Assembly (NCBI RefSeq): GCF_036321535.1
Contig: NC_087437.1
Location: forward strand, 109,618,001-109,682,000
From: Camelus dromedarius
Taxonomy: Eukaryota
Direction: 5' to 3'
DNA length: 64,000 nt
Shown here in pieces: positions 12,367 to 25,304 of the stretch. The notes below the pieces were generated by a model. That model was not told the origin of the DNA. It searched no databases and worked only from the letters and a program-made list of their open reading frames with translations. A program made the position numbers and the translations under genes. Every line of letters starts with the position of its first letter. Within the stretch, counting starts at the first letter, position 1.

Positions 12367-12998
12367 AATATATCCCAGAGAGAACTCTAATTCAAAAAGA
12401 TACGTGCACCCCAATGTTCAGAGCAGCACTATTTACAATAGCCAAGACATGGAAACAACTTAAATGTCCACCAGCAGATGACTGGATAAAGAAGATGTGG
12501 TCTACAATGGAATACTACTCAGCCATAAAAAATAAGAAAATAATGCCATTTGCAGCAATATGGATGGACCTGGAGATTGTAATTCCAAGTGAAATAAGCC
12601 AGAAAGAGAAGGAAAAATACCATATATCACTTATATGTGAAATCTAAAAAAATGATACAAATGAACTTATTTACAAAATAAACAGACTCACAGATATAGA
12701 GAACAAACTTGTGGTTCCAGGGAAGAAAGGGAGGAGTGGAGGGGTAAATTGGGAATTTGGGATTTGCAGCTACTAACTACTATATATAAAATAGATAAAC
12801 AGCAAGGTCCTAGTGTATGACACATATTTAATACCTTGAAATAGCTTATAATGAAAAAGAATATGAAAAGAAATATATATATATGTATATACATATATAT
12901 GTATAATTAAATCACTGTACATGAGTAATTAACATAACTTTGTACACTGACTATACTTCAATTTAAAAAGTTAAAAATGAATAAATAAGTAAATAAAA
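12367..12998 (+). mobile_element. LINE-1 3' end (ORF2 C-terminus plus 3'UTR)
   Basis: DTCTPMF...AKTWKQ...TMEYYSAIK peptide, L1 3'UTR, A-rich tail. Confidence 0.95.
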
Positions 12999-13004
12999 GA
13001 TACT

Positions 13005-13175
13005 GCATGGTGGAATAAAAAGAACATGGACTTTATAAACTGTTATAGATTTACTCTTAACTGCTACTTACTTTCTAAATGAACTTGGACAAGTTACCTA
13101 ACTTCTCTGTGCTTCTTTAAATAATTCCTGCTGTGAAGGATTGTTGTGAAGATTAAATATGATCCATCCATCTGT
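13005..13175 (+). mobile_element. MIR
   Basis: ACTTGGACAAGTTACCTAACTTCTCTGTGCTTC and GGATTGTTGTGAAGATTAAAT. Confidence 0.75.
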
Positions 13176-13259
13176 TTACAAATATATAGAGAGGCTCTAT
13201 CGCACATCAGCCACTGTAGTGGTACTAAGAAATATAATGGTGAGGAAGGCATTAAAAAA

Positions 13260-13840
13260 ATGGCAGCCAACAAAATGAAGAATCACAATATGAATTCACT
13301 CAACATAAAATTGGTTTTCTGGGAACTGACTGACATAGACTTTCAAATAAGTACATTTAAGATCCTTAATGAAGGAAAAATTGTATTATAAGTGAACAAG
13401 AAAATATGAAGAAGAATAGATATGAAACAAGTACATATCAGCATTAAAAAGAATCATTTAAAATTGTCAACAAAATAAAAAGGTTTATTGAACAACTGAA
13501 AAAAAAATGGAGAATAAATTTAGAGTTTCCAAGATACACAAGAGAAATTCCAGAAAAAGAATGGAGGGAGTGGCCAGGAGCCTAGACTTTGTTTTTTATT
13601 TTTGAAATGAAGAAGCACTAGAATCCTCAGATGTAATTGCTGCTGCAGGTATCGAGCAACAAAAACAAACAAACAAACAAAACAAAAACAAAAGTATATT
13701 ACCTCATGGGCAAGAAGGTTTAAAATAATAAAAAGGGCAAGTCTTCCCAAAAGTATCTTGAGATTGAATATAATTCCAACTGAAATCCCAACCAGATTTT
13801 TTCATGGAACTTGATGAGATGATTCTAAAATTCTTGAGGG
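13260..13840 (+). mobile_element. Old L1 (L1M) fragments
   Basis: GGAACTTGATGAGATGATTCTAAAATTC (ORF2-like); degenerate ORF1-like A-rich sequence upstream. Confidence 0.5.
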
Positions 13841-13847
13841 CTGAATC

Positions 13848-14260
13848 TTACCATTATTAACTTGTTTACACTAGGAGCAGTATTTCCCAGTAGCCCTTCC
13901 CTGTGCGGTTCCGTGTTTGGGCTGGCCAAAAGATAAACTTGTGCAAAATTTGGGAGACAGAAGTAAGCCCACAGCCATTACTTTCTGAAGGTCACGGTGA
14001 TTGGATGTGGTGCTAGACAGACACAGAAGTGCGTGTCCTCATTCTCCTAGACTGCATCTCACGCTTTGGTTTTCTGGCTGGTAGTCCTGGTGCCCAGATG
14101 TGATGCTGGGTCCATCACAGGGTCTTCAACATGGACCCAAAGAGCTGACAACTTCCTGTAGAATTTTCTTCTAGCTTCCTCTTTGCATTCCAATTTTGGA
14201 AGCTAGATTTGCTTCCTTCCAGACAGATGGACAGGAAATTTCTCTCATTCTTCAGTTTCC
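13848..14260 (+). mobile_element. LTR33-like ERVL LTR
   Basis: CCCTTCCCTGTGCGGTTCC...GGCCAAAAGA...TTTGGGAGACAGAAGT...CAGCCATTACTTTCTGAAGGTC...GACAGACACAGA follows the recalled LTR33 consensus. Confidence 0.75.
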
Positions 14261-14261
14261 C

Positions 14262-14660
14262 CTATTTCAGTTATCTACTGCTGCTTAACTAGTTATTCCT
14301 AAAGGACAGTTTTATTTTGCTTATGTTGTGTGGGTAAGGAATTCAAGAAGGGCTTAGCTCCACTGCTTTGCTGTCGTTTTCATGGTGTTTTCTGGAGTAT
14401 CCAGGGCTGGAGAACCCACCTTCAAGGTAGTGTTAATTACTCACATGTCTGGTGTGCTAGTCTCCTTGGCTTCGATCTTTATCTACACGTCAACTCATCT
14501 TCTGAGGACCCTCTGTGTGGCTTGGCTTCTCCTGGCATGACTGTTTCATGGCAGACAGAGCAGCTGAATTCGAAAAAGCAGAAAACAGAAGCTACCAAGC
14601 TGTTTCAGTTCCTTCCACATTTTCCCTTACAGGCATTTCCCTTAATAAGGCCTCGCATGC
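14262..14660 (-). mobile_element. MLT1 (MaLR) LTR
   Basis: TCAGTTATCTACTGCTGCTTAAC and TGTGGGTAAGGAATTCAAGAAGGGCTTAGCT are typical of reverse-oriented MLT1. Confidence 0.7.
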
Positions 14661-14699
14661 TTCACCCTGTCTCGGTGTCTGCTTCAGGAAGGTCCAAGA

Positions 14700-15062
14700 C
14701 TATCATATTTTCACTATGTCAATAAATTCAACAATTTCGATAAAATGGAGCTACTCTCTGAAACACACAAGCAAACCAAATGAAAAACATAGATAACTTG
14801 AATAACCTTAAAGGAAATAAAAAAAAGTTAAATCCATAGTTAAAAATTTCCAAAGGAAATACAGACATAGATGAATTCACTGGTTGTAAATCATACTGAT
14901 TCACACACAGGAGGAGAGAGCAAGTCCCAGCTCACTTTATAAGGCCAGCAGTATTCTTTTACCAAAAACAGACAAAACCAGACCAATTCCAATGAACATA
15001 TACATAAAAGTTCTTAACAAACTTTCAGCAAATAGAACCCAGAAACATATAAGAAGAATGAT
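14700..15062 (+). mobile_element. Old L1 ORF2 fragment
   Basis: ACTTTATAAGGCCAGCA...ACCAAAA...; peptide MNIYIKVLNKLSANRTQKHIRRMI resembles ORF2 [23 protein letters not shown]. Confidence 0.8.
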
Positions 15063-15066
15063 ACCT

Positions 15067-15190
15067 GTGATGGTTAACTTCATGTGTCAACTTGACCACA
15101 CCATGAGATGTCCAGATATTCGGTCAAACATTATTCTGGGTGTTTCTGCGAAGGTGTTTTTGAATGAAGTTAACGTTTAAATTGATCAGC
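15067..15190 (+). mobile_element. MLT2 LTR 5' fragment
   Basis: TGTGATGGTTAACTTCATGTGTCAACTTGAC...CAAACATTATTCTGGGTGTTTCTG. Confidence 0.85.
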
Positions 15191-15599
15191 TGTTTGTTGA
15201 CTATCAAATTCATTGGTTCTTCTTTGCTTCTTTTAATTAAGAACACAGTAAACTTTCAATAAGAAGGGAAAAAAATTAAGACAGTAAGTTTCACTTATGT
15301 TTTTCAATAGAGGTGAGTAATGTGAAAAATAAAACATCCTCACTCATAATAATTTTAATATTGTTGAAATCAGTGCTCATTCTCTCCGTTGAGATATAAA
15401 TTCTGATAAAAATAATGACCCACTTCTTTGAGGTATTATTTCTTTGTCTCTTCTCCAGAATGTGGTACTCTGGACACTTGTGAATTTAATTTCATGGTTC
15501 TGCAGTCCCTTCAAATTAGTTTCTGAGTTTGAACCACTTGCTTTTAAAACAATGTTTCGAGTATTACCTCCTTTTGTAATTGTGATGTATCTCCTAATT

Positions 15600-16760
15600 T
15601 GACTCCTTAGAAATTTTTAGAAGCATAAGATTAAAGAGAGACCATCAATTCATCAAAATCAGCATTTGGATCAGTATTGATTGATGGCAATTCTGCAATT
15701 GCTGACATCACTGAAAATGTTTTGCATGAAAGGGAAGACTTTCAAATGAATATATAAAACCACTTGGTCTAATTGTTTTGTATTTCATCAGGTGCCCCAC
15801 TCTGTGGATAACCCACCTTATATTTCCACTGGTTCCAAGAATCAGTCAGACCTGACATGTTTCAGAGAAGTTTCTTCTCTCCTGAAATCATCGTAGTTGT
15901 GACACACAGGATGGTAGTGAACGTGGACCATCCCTACAGTGGACAGCTCCCTTATTTGGATAATTTTTTTCATATACTTGAATTACACTATGTGCTCCTA
16001 AGTGGTAGAGATGATGTTTAGGTATCAGCAATATGCCATGTGGGTTTTTTTTTTTTTTTTGTATTTTTTTCTTCCATATAACTGTAATAGTCTTTTGTCA
16101 AATATATTTTTCATCATTGGACATAAAAACTATGTCTTTAATTTTTCCCATTGGATGTAAAAGTTTATGATGTGCACAATAATGTGATATTGATATAAGA
16201 TTTTGTGTTTTACAAAGATAATTTGAAATCACTATTATACATATGTCACTCAATGCTTCAACTGTTTTCATTTACAACTAATTTAAATATAGAAATTTCA
16301 TGATATTACCTGACTTCTCAGAAGAAACCTTATGTATCTAAAATTAAAACACCAACTTGCTCACCTGTTTAAGGATTTATTCATTTTTCTCTTATGATTT
16401 TGATTTCCAAAAAGTTACCTGACATGTATATCAATACGTTTGTTACTGTCATTTTCTGTTCTTATTTGAACACAGGCAATTTAAACTGCTCAAATTTCAG
16501 TAACGTATTCTTCTGTAAAACAGTGCCTGTAATCTATTTTTATATCTCAAGAAAACATAAACTCATTGCAACCTTTTGTCACTCTGAAGTTGTTCTTCTG
16601 CTACGTGTGAAATTGAGTCTAAGTTTTGTGAAAGATTCAATTTAACATTGAATATTTATGAAACACACAAACTCCATATTTATGATAAGCATATTCATTC
16701 AGATCAAAGAGAAGCTAGACAAGAATTTATAGCGATGTGCAATGATCACATTTGTCAAGG
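15600..16760 (+). pseudogene. Heavily decayed hAT transposase fossil
   Basis: Hand translation gives ordered motifs SVLIDG (15671-15688), DG..VNV (15910-15925), HILEL (15971-15985), HW (about 16150) and EVVLLL..CER (16586-16635), with many stops and frameshifts. Confidence 0.5.
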
Positions 16761-17044
16761 TCTGAAAGACCCGTGGTAAGGTTGCTATTGGTGTTTGAAG
16801 TTCAACTCTCAATATAGTACCAGAAAACTGAAATTTCTTCTAGAAACTATTACACATTTTCACTTCATTTTTTCACTTCATTTTTTCCATATAATGTAAT
16901 TAGCCAGAAGCCTGTAGCATGGTGGGGCAAATAGACTCCATGGAAATCACTCTCTTCTGCCAAAAAGTAGACCAGGCTACTTCTTTCTAGGAACAGGGTC
17001 AGATTTTTGAAATAAATACTTAAAAATATTGATTCTAAACCATT

Positions 17045-17206
17045 TCTGTGCTGGGCTGTTTCCTTTGGCTAACAAGAGTGGCTGTGCACACCTTTCAAGT
17101 CCATGTTTGCTGTCACCATGTTGGTAGCTTGAAATCAGTCATGGTGGGAACGCTGAACTCAGAAACATTATGAGCCATGGTTTTTTAAAACACAAGCACG
17201 CCACTG
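17045..17206. mobile_element. MER63-like hAT-Blackjack MITE
   Basis: CATGTTGGTAGCTTGAAATCAGTCATGGTGGGA and terminal AGCACGCCACTG. Confidence 0.8.
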
Positions 17207-17906
17207 TCCTGATTCAAACTTCTAAGGCTAATTATCAAAGTTGGATCATTCATGAAAAGTATAGAGTTTGTAAGTGATTGATTACACAAAGCAAGTACCG
17301 CCAATTTTATAAAGAGAAATCATATGTGTTCATAGAGAATTAGCTCTTTGCCTTTAGAGATTGTATCACACAATTGTCCCTGTGGAGATTTGAGGAGTTG
17401 ATTTTATATAGGGATTCGTATACGTCAGAATCGTTAAATGCCTTGTAGAGCAGGATAGAGTTTAATGACTTTCCAGTAGAATGGACTGTATAATAGATTT
17501 CTGTAGTTAAATTTAAAAACTAAAAGAAAGAATACTAACCAAAGAAACTCCTTACTAATGTCCAAGGAGTCACAGAAAGGTGGGTGGTAATTTAACTAGG
17601 ACTCACTGATTTAAAAAAAAAAAAATCACTTCTATAACCATATTTTTTTCTCTAATGGAAGTTTTTGAGCCCCGTCTTGTTCACAAGCAAAAACTTTGCT
17701 TTCTAGTATCTGTAGTGTATACTAGCCGCTTTATGTTGCCTTTTAAAAAGACAAAACTGAGCCAGTGTGATGTTCACCAACAAGGCAAAAACATCATAGA
17801 AGAACAGAGATGTGATCTTTAGTTGACCACGCTTAAACTGCAATGGCATGGAAACCACACTTTATTTCTTGCTAACTTTTAACACCATTTCCTTCACATG
17901 CTAGAC

Positions 17907-17980
17907 CAGGGATTGGCATTTTCTATAAAGAGTCAGTAAATATGCTAAGCTCTGCAAGTCTCATCGTGTCTTTGTCGCAT
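17907..17980. mobile_element. MER58-like MITE, partial
   Basis: CAGGGATTGGCATTTTCTATAAAGAGTCAGTAAATAT. Confidence 0.5.
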
Positions 17981-20323
17981 GCATAATCTCCTGTTCTGCT
18001 TTTCTTTCCTTGTATTTTTCTGTCTTCTGTGTGTGTGTGTTTTCAGACCATACAGTCTTACTTTGCTGGCAGGCTTTGCCCGGCTGTGGCTGTCTCTGTC
18101 TCATCAACTCCCTTGTGCCCATTTTCGCTCTCACGTGTACTTTCCCAACAACATTCTGTCAAACCTGCCCTGAGTTCTGTTCACTAATCCTGCTCTCATT
18201 GTCCTAGGTACCCATACTCTCCTCTCTTATAAACACCACACTTTCTCATAATTTCTTTTTCAAAATCACATGTTATCTCTTCTGCTCTTAATACTTCTTT
18301 TACTGCTTCTTAAATTTTTTTTTCTATTTCTCTGCCACCCTCTTTTTTAGATATTAGATATTTTAGATACTATAAAATATCCTAAATATCTTAATTTCTA
18401 TTAGTGCTTTATTCTCATTTATTTTGTGTAAAGTGTATTATTTATTTCTTTTCCTTCTTTCTCTCTTTTTAATCTTTGCTCTTTCTTGACTTTCTTTTTA
18501 TTATTTTTCTCACTTCTTGTGACAGTAGATCTTGTTTTTGCTGCCTTTATCCTGTTCTTTATTTTTGTTAATTTTCACATGTTATGCAATATATTTGCTG
18601 ACCGCTACGCTACAGTTCTTTCAAAAGTAAAGTAAGAGAGAAATTCCTGGTAAAAACTTCATATACTGTCAGTGCTTTGAACCTGATAAATTTCATTATT
18701 TATACCTTTCCAGTTGTTCAAAGAAAATGCATAAACAACCTTATCTAATTGCTTCCCTCTTTGCCCTAAGTGGCATTTTTTTTTTGTCTTATGAGCATCT
18801 ATGAGAAATTTGATAAATGTTTTGCAAATTGTATAAAGAAAAACTAGAGACGAAAATCTGCTGTTTAACACTTAGATTTTTCCTTTGGAGATATTTTCCT
18901 GGAAAGTTTTTCGTATTTATTTTAAGGGGAGAGTATGATAAAACAAATAAAGGCCGTTTAACAAAAAACAGGAAAAAAAACCACAATGATCTTTCTACAT
19001 TAATTTAAAGAAATAAAAAGCAACTGTAATAAAAAGAAACTGTAATTTTGAAAACCTGAATATTCAGTATATGTTAAAATTTTCCACATTATTCTGGATA
19101 GATTGATTCAGATTAAAACAATGTTATATAATATTCTCATAATTGTTTTAAAACCTTCCTAAGGAGGTCAGAAACATTTTATTGATTTATATATTTATTT
19201 TTCCATTTTCTACTTATTATTTGTACATATGCCTTTACTATGATTTCTTTAGTTAATGCATCCCTCCAATCTGAATGAGTTTTTACTAAATAAATCAACT
19301 TGGCTTTGCTTCATAGACATTACCTTAAGCTAATTCCAGCAATTCAACACCACTCTTTATGAAGTACTTTCAAGCAGGAATCCATTATGTTATCAGAATG
19401 CCCTTTGAAATTTTTTTAAAGTTTGTAAAAAGTAGCCATGTTACCTTTCTTTCCTTTCCAGGTCTTTCAGGAAGCTTTCAGTCCCATATATTGTAAGAAC
19501 TAATGAGGACATAAAAAGTATTGAAGAACTGACTGATTTTCAACACAGCAGTTTATTGGTCAAGATACGAACTGGATTTTAAACTCAGATGATGAATATA
19601 CAAATAAAACTTCTGTTATTTTGTCAGAGGAGTTGATACGAAATCTTTGTTAAACACCTTACATGATAAATCTCCAAGTGACACATATCCTCTCAAATAA
19701 ATTCTGGAACTGAAAGACCAAATTCTCTTTCCTCTAGTAACTATATAGAAGTGCATATTTCAACTTTTCTCAACTGTTTTTATGTAAGGGAACTCTTCTG
19801 GATATTATAAAGGCCATATGTTATAAAATGGCTACTTCAAAGTAGATTAATAGATTATGTAATGCACAGGTCTAAATCACATTGATTTTAATTATTTTAA
19901 CTTAATAAAGATATCTTGTTTTAATATTTTAATATTTCCTATTAAAATTAGATTTTGATTTATATTTGCTTGTTTTATAGTTAAAATGCTTTAAAATAAG
20001 CAGTATGAAATAATTTTCTTAAATAACTTAATTTGTTTCAATCTTTTTTTAAGTAAATTTATCCAGAGTAATTTCCTAAGTCCCTTCTGAGTAAAGTTGT
20101 CTACTTAGGCTTATTTTGGATTTATAGAAAATTGCAGATGGAAACAAATTAAAAAGAGAAGATTAAAAGATTAAACTGGGGAAGGTCTGGAAAGAGGGGA
20201 GGATGAAGATATGATGATGGTAGTAATACTGTATGATATTAACACCAAGAGTCAGGGATATGAGTTTTGGAGATTATAGACGCTACTTGAGCACAAGATA
20301 CTGTGTTCAGATCTCAGTAGAAA

Positions 20324-20830
20324 TAGTTTGATGTAGTCCCACTTGTTTACCTTTGCTTTTGTTGCCTTTGCTTTTGTAGTCAGTTTCAAAAATTTATCAC
20401 CAAGACCAATGTCAAGGAGCTTACTGCTTATGTTTCTTTCCAGGAGTTTTATGGTTTCAGGTCTTATATTCAAGTCTTTAATCAATTTTCAGTTAATTTT
20501 TATGTATGGTGTAAAATAGTAGTCTAGTTTCATTGTTTTGTATGTGTCTGTCCAGTTTCCCCAACACCATTTATTCAGAAGCCTATCCTTTCCCCATTCT
20601 ATATTCTTGGCTCCTTTGTTGAAAATTAATTGGCCATTTATACATGGGCTTTTTCTGGCCTTTCTATTCTGTTCCATTGATCTATATATCTGTTTTTATG
20701 TCACTACCATACTGATTCAATTACTATAGCTTTGTGATACAGTTTGAAATGAGCATGATGCCTCCAGCTTCATTCTTCTTTCTTAAGAGTGCTTCGGATA
20801 TTCAGAGTCTTTTGTGGTCCTATACAAAAT
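20324..20830 (-). mobile_element. L1 ORF2 fragment
   Basis: ORF track peptides LIFNKGAKNIEWGKDRLLNKWCW and IKDLNIRPETIKLLE...KWDYIKL. Confidence 0.95.
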
Positions 20831-21002
20831 TCTCATCTCAAGAAAAAAAAGGAAATTAATTTTTGTAACTATATATGGTGAGAGATGATAACTAGCCTTA
20901 TTGTGGGGATCATTTCAAAGTGTATACAAATATCAAATCATTACATTGCATACCTGAAATTAATACAATGCTGTACATCAGTTATACCTCAATAATAAAA
21001 AA
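20831..21002 (+). mobile_element. L1 3' terminal fragment, opposite in orientation to the abutting ORF2 piece
   Basis: TTGTAACTATATATGGTG...CATACCTGAAATTAATACAATG...TATACCTCAATAATAAAAA. Confidence 0.85.
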
Positions 21003-22273
21003 GATACAAACCATTGACCATTATAAGGTGACATTAAATGAAATGCACATTGTGTAGTTTGCCATAGAGTTATGATTAAGATACCAACGCACTTCTATGT
21101 GTTTTCCCTCACAAGTTTTACTGAAATGCAACTTTACCATTACCCAAGAGTGCTATTTTCCCTGGAAGAAGAATGGACCTTCTTATTAGTAATATCTACA
21201 TTTTGTGCCATCTGACCACATACTCTTTTCATTCAGCATAAACGTAAATGTGAGCAATGGAATATAATATTAAATAATTCATACCCAGCACTTAAAGGAG
21301 AGTGCCATCAAAATGAGTGTCTTTATTATTTTTTTTCATGTAGAAAAAATAGATAGGTAAAAAGAAACAAATGCAGCAATCATTTTATTCTACATAGACA
21401 ATAAAGAGCTCACATTAATGTTATTTTAGACTTCTCCTGAGTTCCGTAAAGTATGGTGCAAAATAAATCTTTAAGTTAGTGCTAACTCATGAGATTTTAA
21501 TAACACTGAATTCTGATTATATGTATTTAGACAAAAAAACCCTTAGTTTATTTTTATCATTTTTGGTTATTATTTATAATGAAAAACTATAATACTGTTC
21601 TCAGAACACATTACTATGACTTCTAGAATATTACTCTACTTGTAAAAAGAATGCATAAATGTCTACCATGTTAATTATTCACTAATAATGAGAACAAAAT
21701 TATGGCTTGTTTAATGCAAGTTTTGAGTATCCATCATATACCTCTTCTTTCTACTGCCAAACTTCCACAAGTGTACTTTGTACCTATGTCTGAATCTTTT
21801 AACCATCCACTTTTTAAAAAAATTTTCTTTTTTAGTGCCTTTTCATATTCCTAAATGTCAGCAGCTCATCCAATACTTGAGGCATTAAATTCCCATTTCT
21901 TACAATGGACAGTTATAGACTCTCTCAATATGACTAAAGGCAAATATTCTTCTTTTTCTTCTGTGGCATCTCTATGTGAAGGACTATGCATCCCCAATCT
22001 CATGTTTATTGAAGAGCCTTTGTCCACATTTCATGTGTTTATTCATGTCATTTCCTAGGTCTGGAAATGGTTCCATAGGGGATTCTGTTTCAACTCTACC
22101 CAGTGAAACAGGCCAGCTGGAGTCACACTGAACTCTGTCAGTCTTTTCATGTCGGTTCTGTTGTCTATAATGTCTGAAATCTAATCCATATTATCAATTC
22201 GAGTAGCCCGTGTTGCTTTGTGGAGTTAGTTAACTACTGTGCTATCAGGTGGGTATCTTTCAGTGTATTTCTG

Positions 22274-22617
22274 CAAGGGGTTACAAATCCAAATGTGACA
22301 GTTGGTGGGCAAGTCAGCCCAGTGCGAGCGCAGCGTGTGTACCTCATAACCGTGGAGGCAGCTGTCATGACGTGCAGAAGGTACCACTCCAGTCAAAGAG
22401 GCAGCCCTTTCTCAGCTCCAGCCACTTGGTGCTCAATAGAGAAACAGGGCTCATGATGCCAGATCTTTCTATTACAAATATATAAATAAATAAAATTTAA
22501 GAAATAAATTGGAACATTGAATTTTTATGTATTTTTTTTTAGAAGTTGGCTCAAAAGTTTAAAAAATATAGTATGAACTTCATTTAGCCACAGGTCACAG
22601 TGTGTATGCAAACTCTT
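22274..22617. mobile_element. MER102-like hAT-Charlie element
   Basis: GGCAGCCCTTTCTCAGCTCCAGCC...TGCCAGATCTT...TTTTTATGT with degenerate TIRs. Confidence 0.6.
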
Positions 22618-22639
22618 ACTTATATCCCTACTTAAATCC

Positions 22640-22770
22640 ATTTGTCCATACATTTAACAAATACGTTTTTAGGTATCAGACCTTGTGCTAATCAAGAAAT
22701 AGTGATGACTAAGGTAATGGTGAATGAGGTAAAGCCCTTACTCTCAAAGGGTTACAATCAAATGGGTACA
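22640..22770 (-). mobile_element. L2 3' fragment
   Basis: CATTTAACAAATACGTTTTTAGG...CAGACCTTGTGCTA...CCCTTACTCTCAAAGGGTTACAATC. Confidence 0.55.
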
Positions 22771-25004
22771 CATGTTATAGCATTTTTCTAGGCACACATA
22801 TCCTAATACATACTTAGTGTTTTGATTGGAGTGAACAATAGATCCTATGACTCACAGTAAACATTTGTTTGCCATGCTACAACAGAAACAAAACAAAACA
22901 GCAAAAGAAAAATTCCTTATAAACCAACAAAGATAAAATCAATAACAGCTAACCTCTTCACCCACATATACACATATGCACATGTGGACATGGGTGAAAC
23001 AGATCAGACTGCACTGTATTCTGACACCAGACTGTAGGTATATATTTATGAACCAGAATGTTCATATATATATATGAATACTGGACTCCAAAGCAATATT
23101 CAATAGGAATATTATTGTTTTCTCTGTTTAGCACTGTTCCAGCAAACAGTATCTTTTTGACGTTCATGAATAGTCTGTGATCTTTTCAAACTTTCAGATA
23201 AGGTGATAGCATTGAAACACTGAGTAACTTCATGAAAGAGACAAAATTGTGCAATAAAAAAAATAACCAATTATTCCAAATTCTGTTATATTAAAAAAAT
23301 AAAAAGCAGAACCAGTCACCTACAGGATACGGAAGTAACCAAATTCTGCATAGAGTTTTAAGTCTATGTTTCTCGGCTGGTCTTTTATGAAAACAAGGGA
23401 CATATTCATGAGACATTTAAAAAACTTGTGCTTCCACAAACCTATGGAACCTATTTTAAAATGGCTTTTTTTCTGCTTATTTATTTATTTTCATTTAAAT
23501 ATGACCCACAGGTCTATCATTTGAAGTAGTCAAAAACAAAAAAAGAAAAGGACAATAAAGAGAATAGAAAAGTATGAGAGTAGGGAAGAAAAAGTGTACA
23601 GTGAATACTGGAAAAAGTCTTTCTCCTTCTTTTTTCATCCTCCTCCTCTTCCTCCTTCTCTTCTATTCCAAACATACCTTAATAAACAAACTAATGTTTA
23701 TATGAAAAAATACAATTTGTCTCTCACATTTAAATATTGAAAGCAACATAGTTTGCGAGTTTGATTGATACAGAATATTTTAAACAGTAATCAATAGCCA
23801 AGCAGTTTCATAGAGCATTATAAAAATCGAACATAAGATGCAACAAGTTTTATAAGGACTGTATTTATTACACAACAAATCATGGGAAGGAGAAAATGCT
23901 TTCCTCTTCTTTACAGCAGCTACATGCAATTGGATTACAGCTAGAAGGTCAACGTGCCCTCCCAGTGGACGCAAATCAGTTCTGATATGAAGAGCTGGAA
24001 ACAGACAAGATTAAACTCTGATTACTTCTTTGAGGATGAGATGTTTTTAAATCAGAGTTGGCAAATCCTGCCACAAGTGCATCTGTCAGGGATCAGACTC
24101 CATTGATATTAGCAGTTCATTCTAAAATCCAAAACGCACTTCATTAAGTATTTTTCTTTAAAGCAATCAGGGAGACTTCCATTCACAGTGAGTGCATATG
24201 GGTTTGAAGAGGGCTTTAATGAACAATTTTTTTAAGTTCTTTGAAGTCTAGCAATTTCTTGAAATAAAATCATTTAAAATTAATTTAAAGTGAAATTTAC
24301 TAAAGGCAAATGTTCACACAAATCAATTAGTTCAGCCTTGATCCAAAAAGCCAAATCCACGATTTCTAAATGGAGTTTAAACTTTGAAAATGAGTTCTCC
24401 TTTCCTTCTGTAGAATGAATAATTTGGGACAGAAATATAAAAATAGGATGATGTAATTAGAATTAAAATTCCAACTAGTAACATTCATGGGGTGTTCCTA
24501 TTTGCTAAATTCTTCTGGTGTGTGACTTAGAATTGCTCATCCAAAGTGAGACTGATATGCACAGATTATCAAAACCTTGAAGCAAAAATAGTCACCTAAA
24601 GAAGTAAAGGCTAAAAAACAAATGGAGACACCCATTACTCTGGTTTAGAGTACTCCAAAGTGGAGGATGCCCATTTCTGCTCCAGAAGCTCTGCTAGTGA
24701 AGGGAATCTCCTTGTGAAAAATCTTCCAACTTATAGAAAAAGAAGAGGATGTGGTGGAGGTCTGACCAGGAAGCATTTACAAAGAACTGCAGTTTCTCTG
24801 CAGTTTGAATTGTTAGAATCTATAGAAAGACTTAGGGATTTAGCTTATTTACAATGGGGAGAAGACACTGGAAAAATGGGTAATAAGAAAAAAGGAGAAA
24901 AATCGTCATAGAAAGTTGCAGGAAAAAAAAAAAAGAACAGTTGCAGAAGTGCTAAGCACAACTAGATAGATGTAGTTTAATATAATAACAGGGCTTTTTT
25001 TTTT

Positions 25005-25170
25005 TAAACACTTGCTGTATGCCAGACACTCTTCTAAGGCACTTACACATGTTGATGTACTCACTGATAGCAACCCTGCAAAGGAGGAACAGAGGGTCAA
25101 GAAAGAAGAGATACTTGCCCAAGTCCATTTGCTGAAATCTAGCTCAGGACTGTGCTCTCAGCCATCAACC
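25005..25170 (-). mobile_element. MIR
   Basis: TATGCCAGACACTCTTCTAAGGCACTTACACATG...ACTTGCCCAAGTC. Confidence 0.65.
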
Positions 25171-25304
25171 ACTACTGCATTTTGTGGACACAGTCCTCTG
25201 CAAAACTGGCTTGTCAAATGCAGAAATAAGTTTAAGAGACTAGGCATCCGTGAATTATTTCATCCAATATTACCAAGCCATCCTGTGCTTAGGACGATGT
25301 TGTC

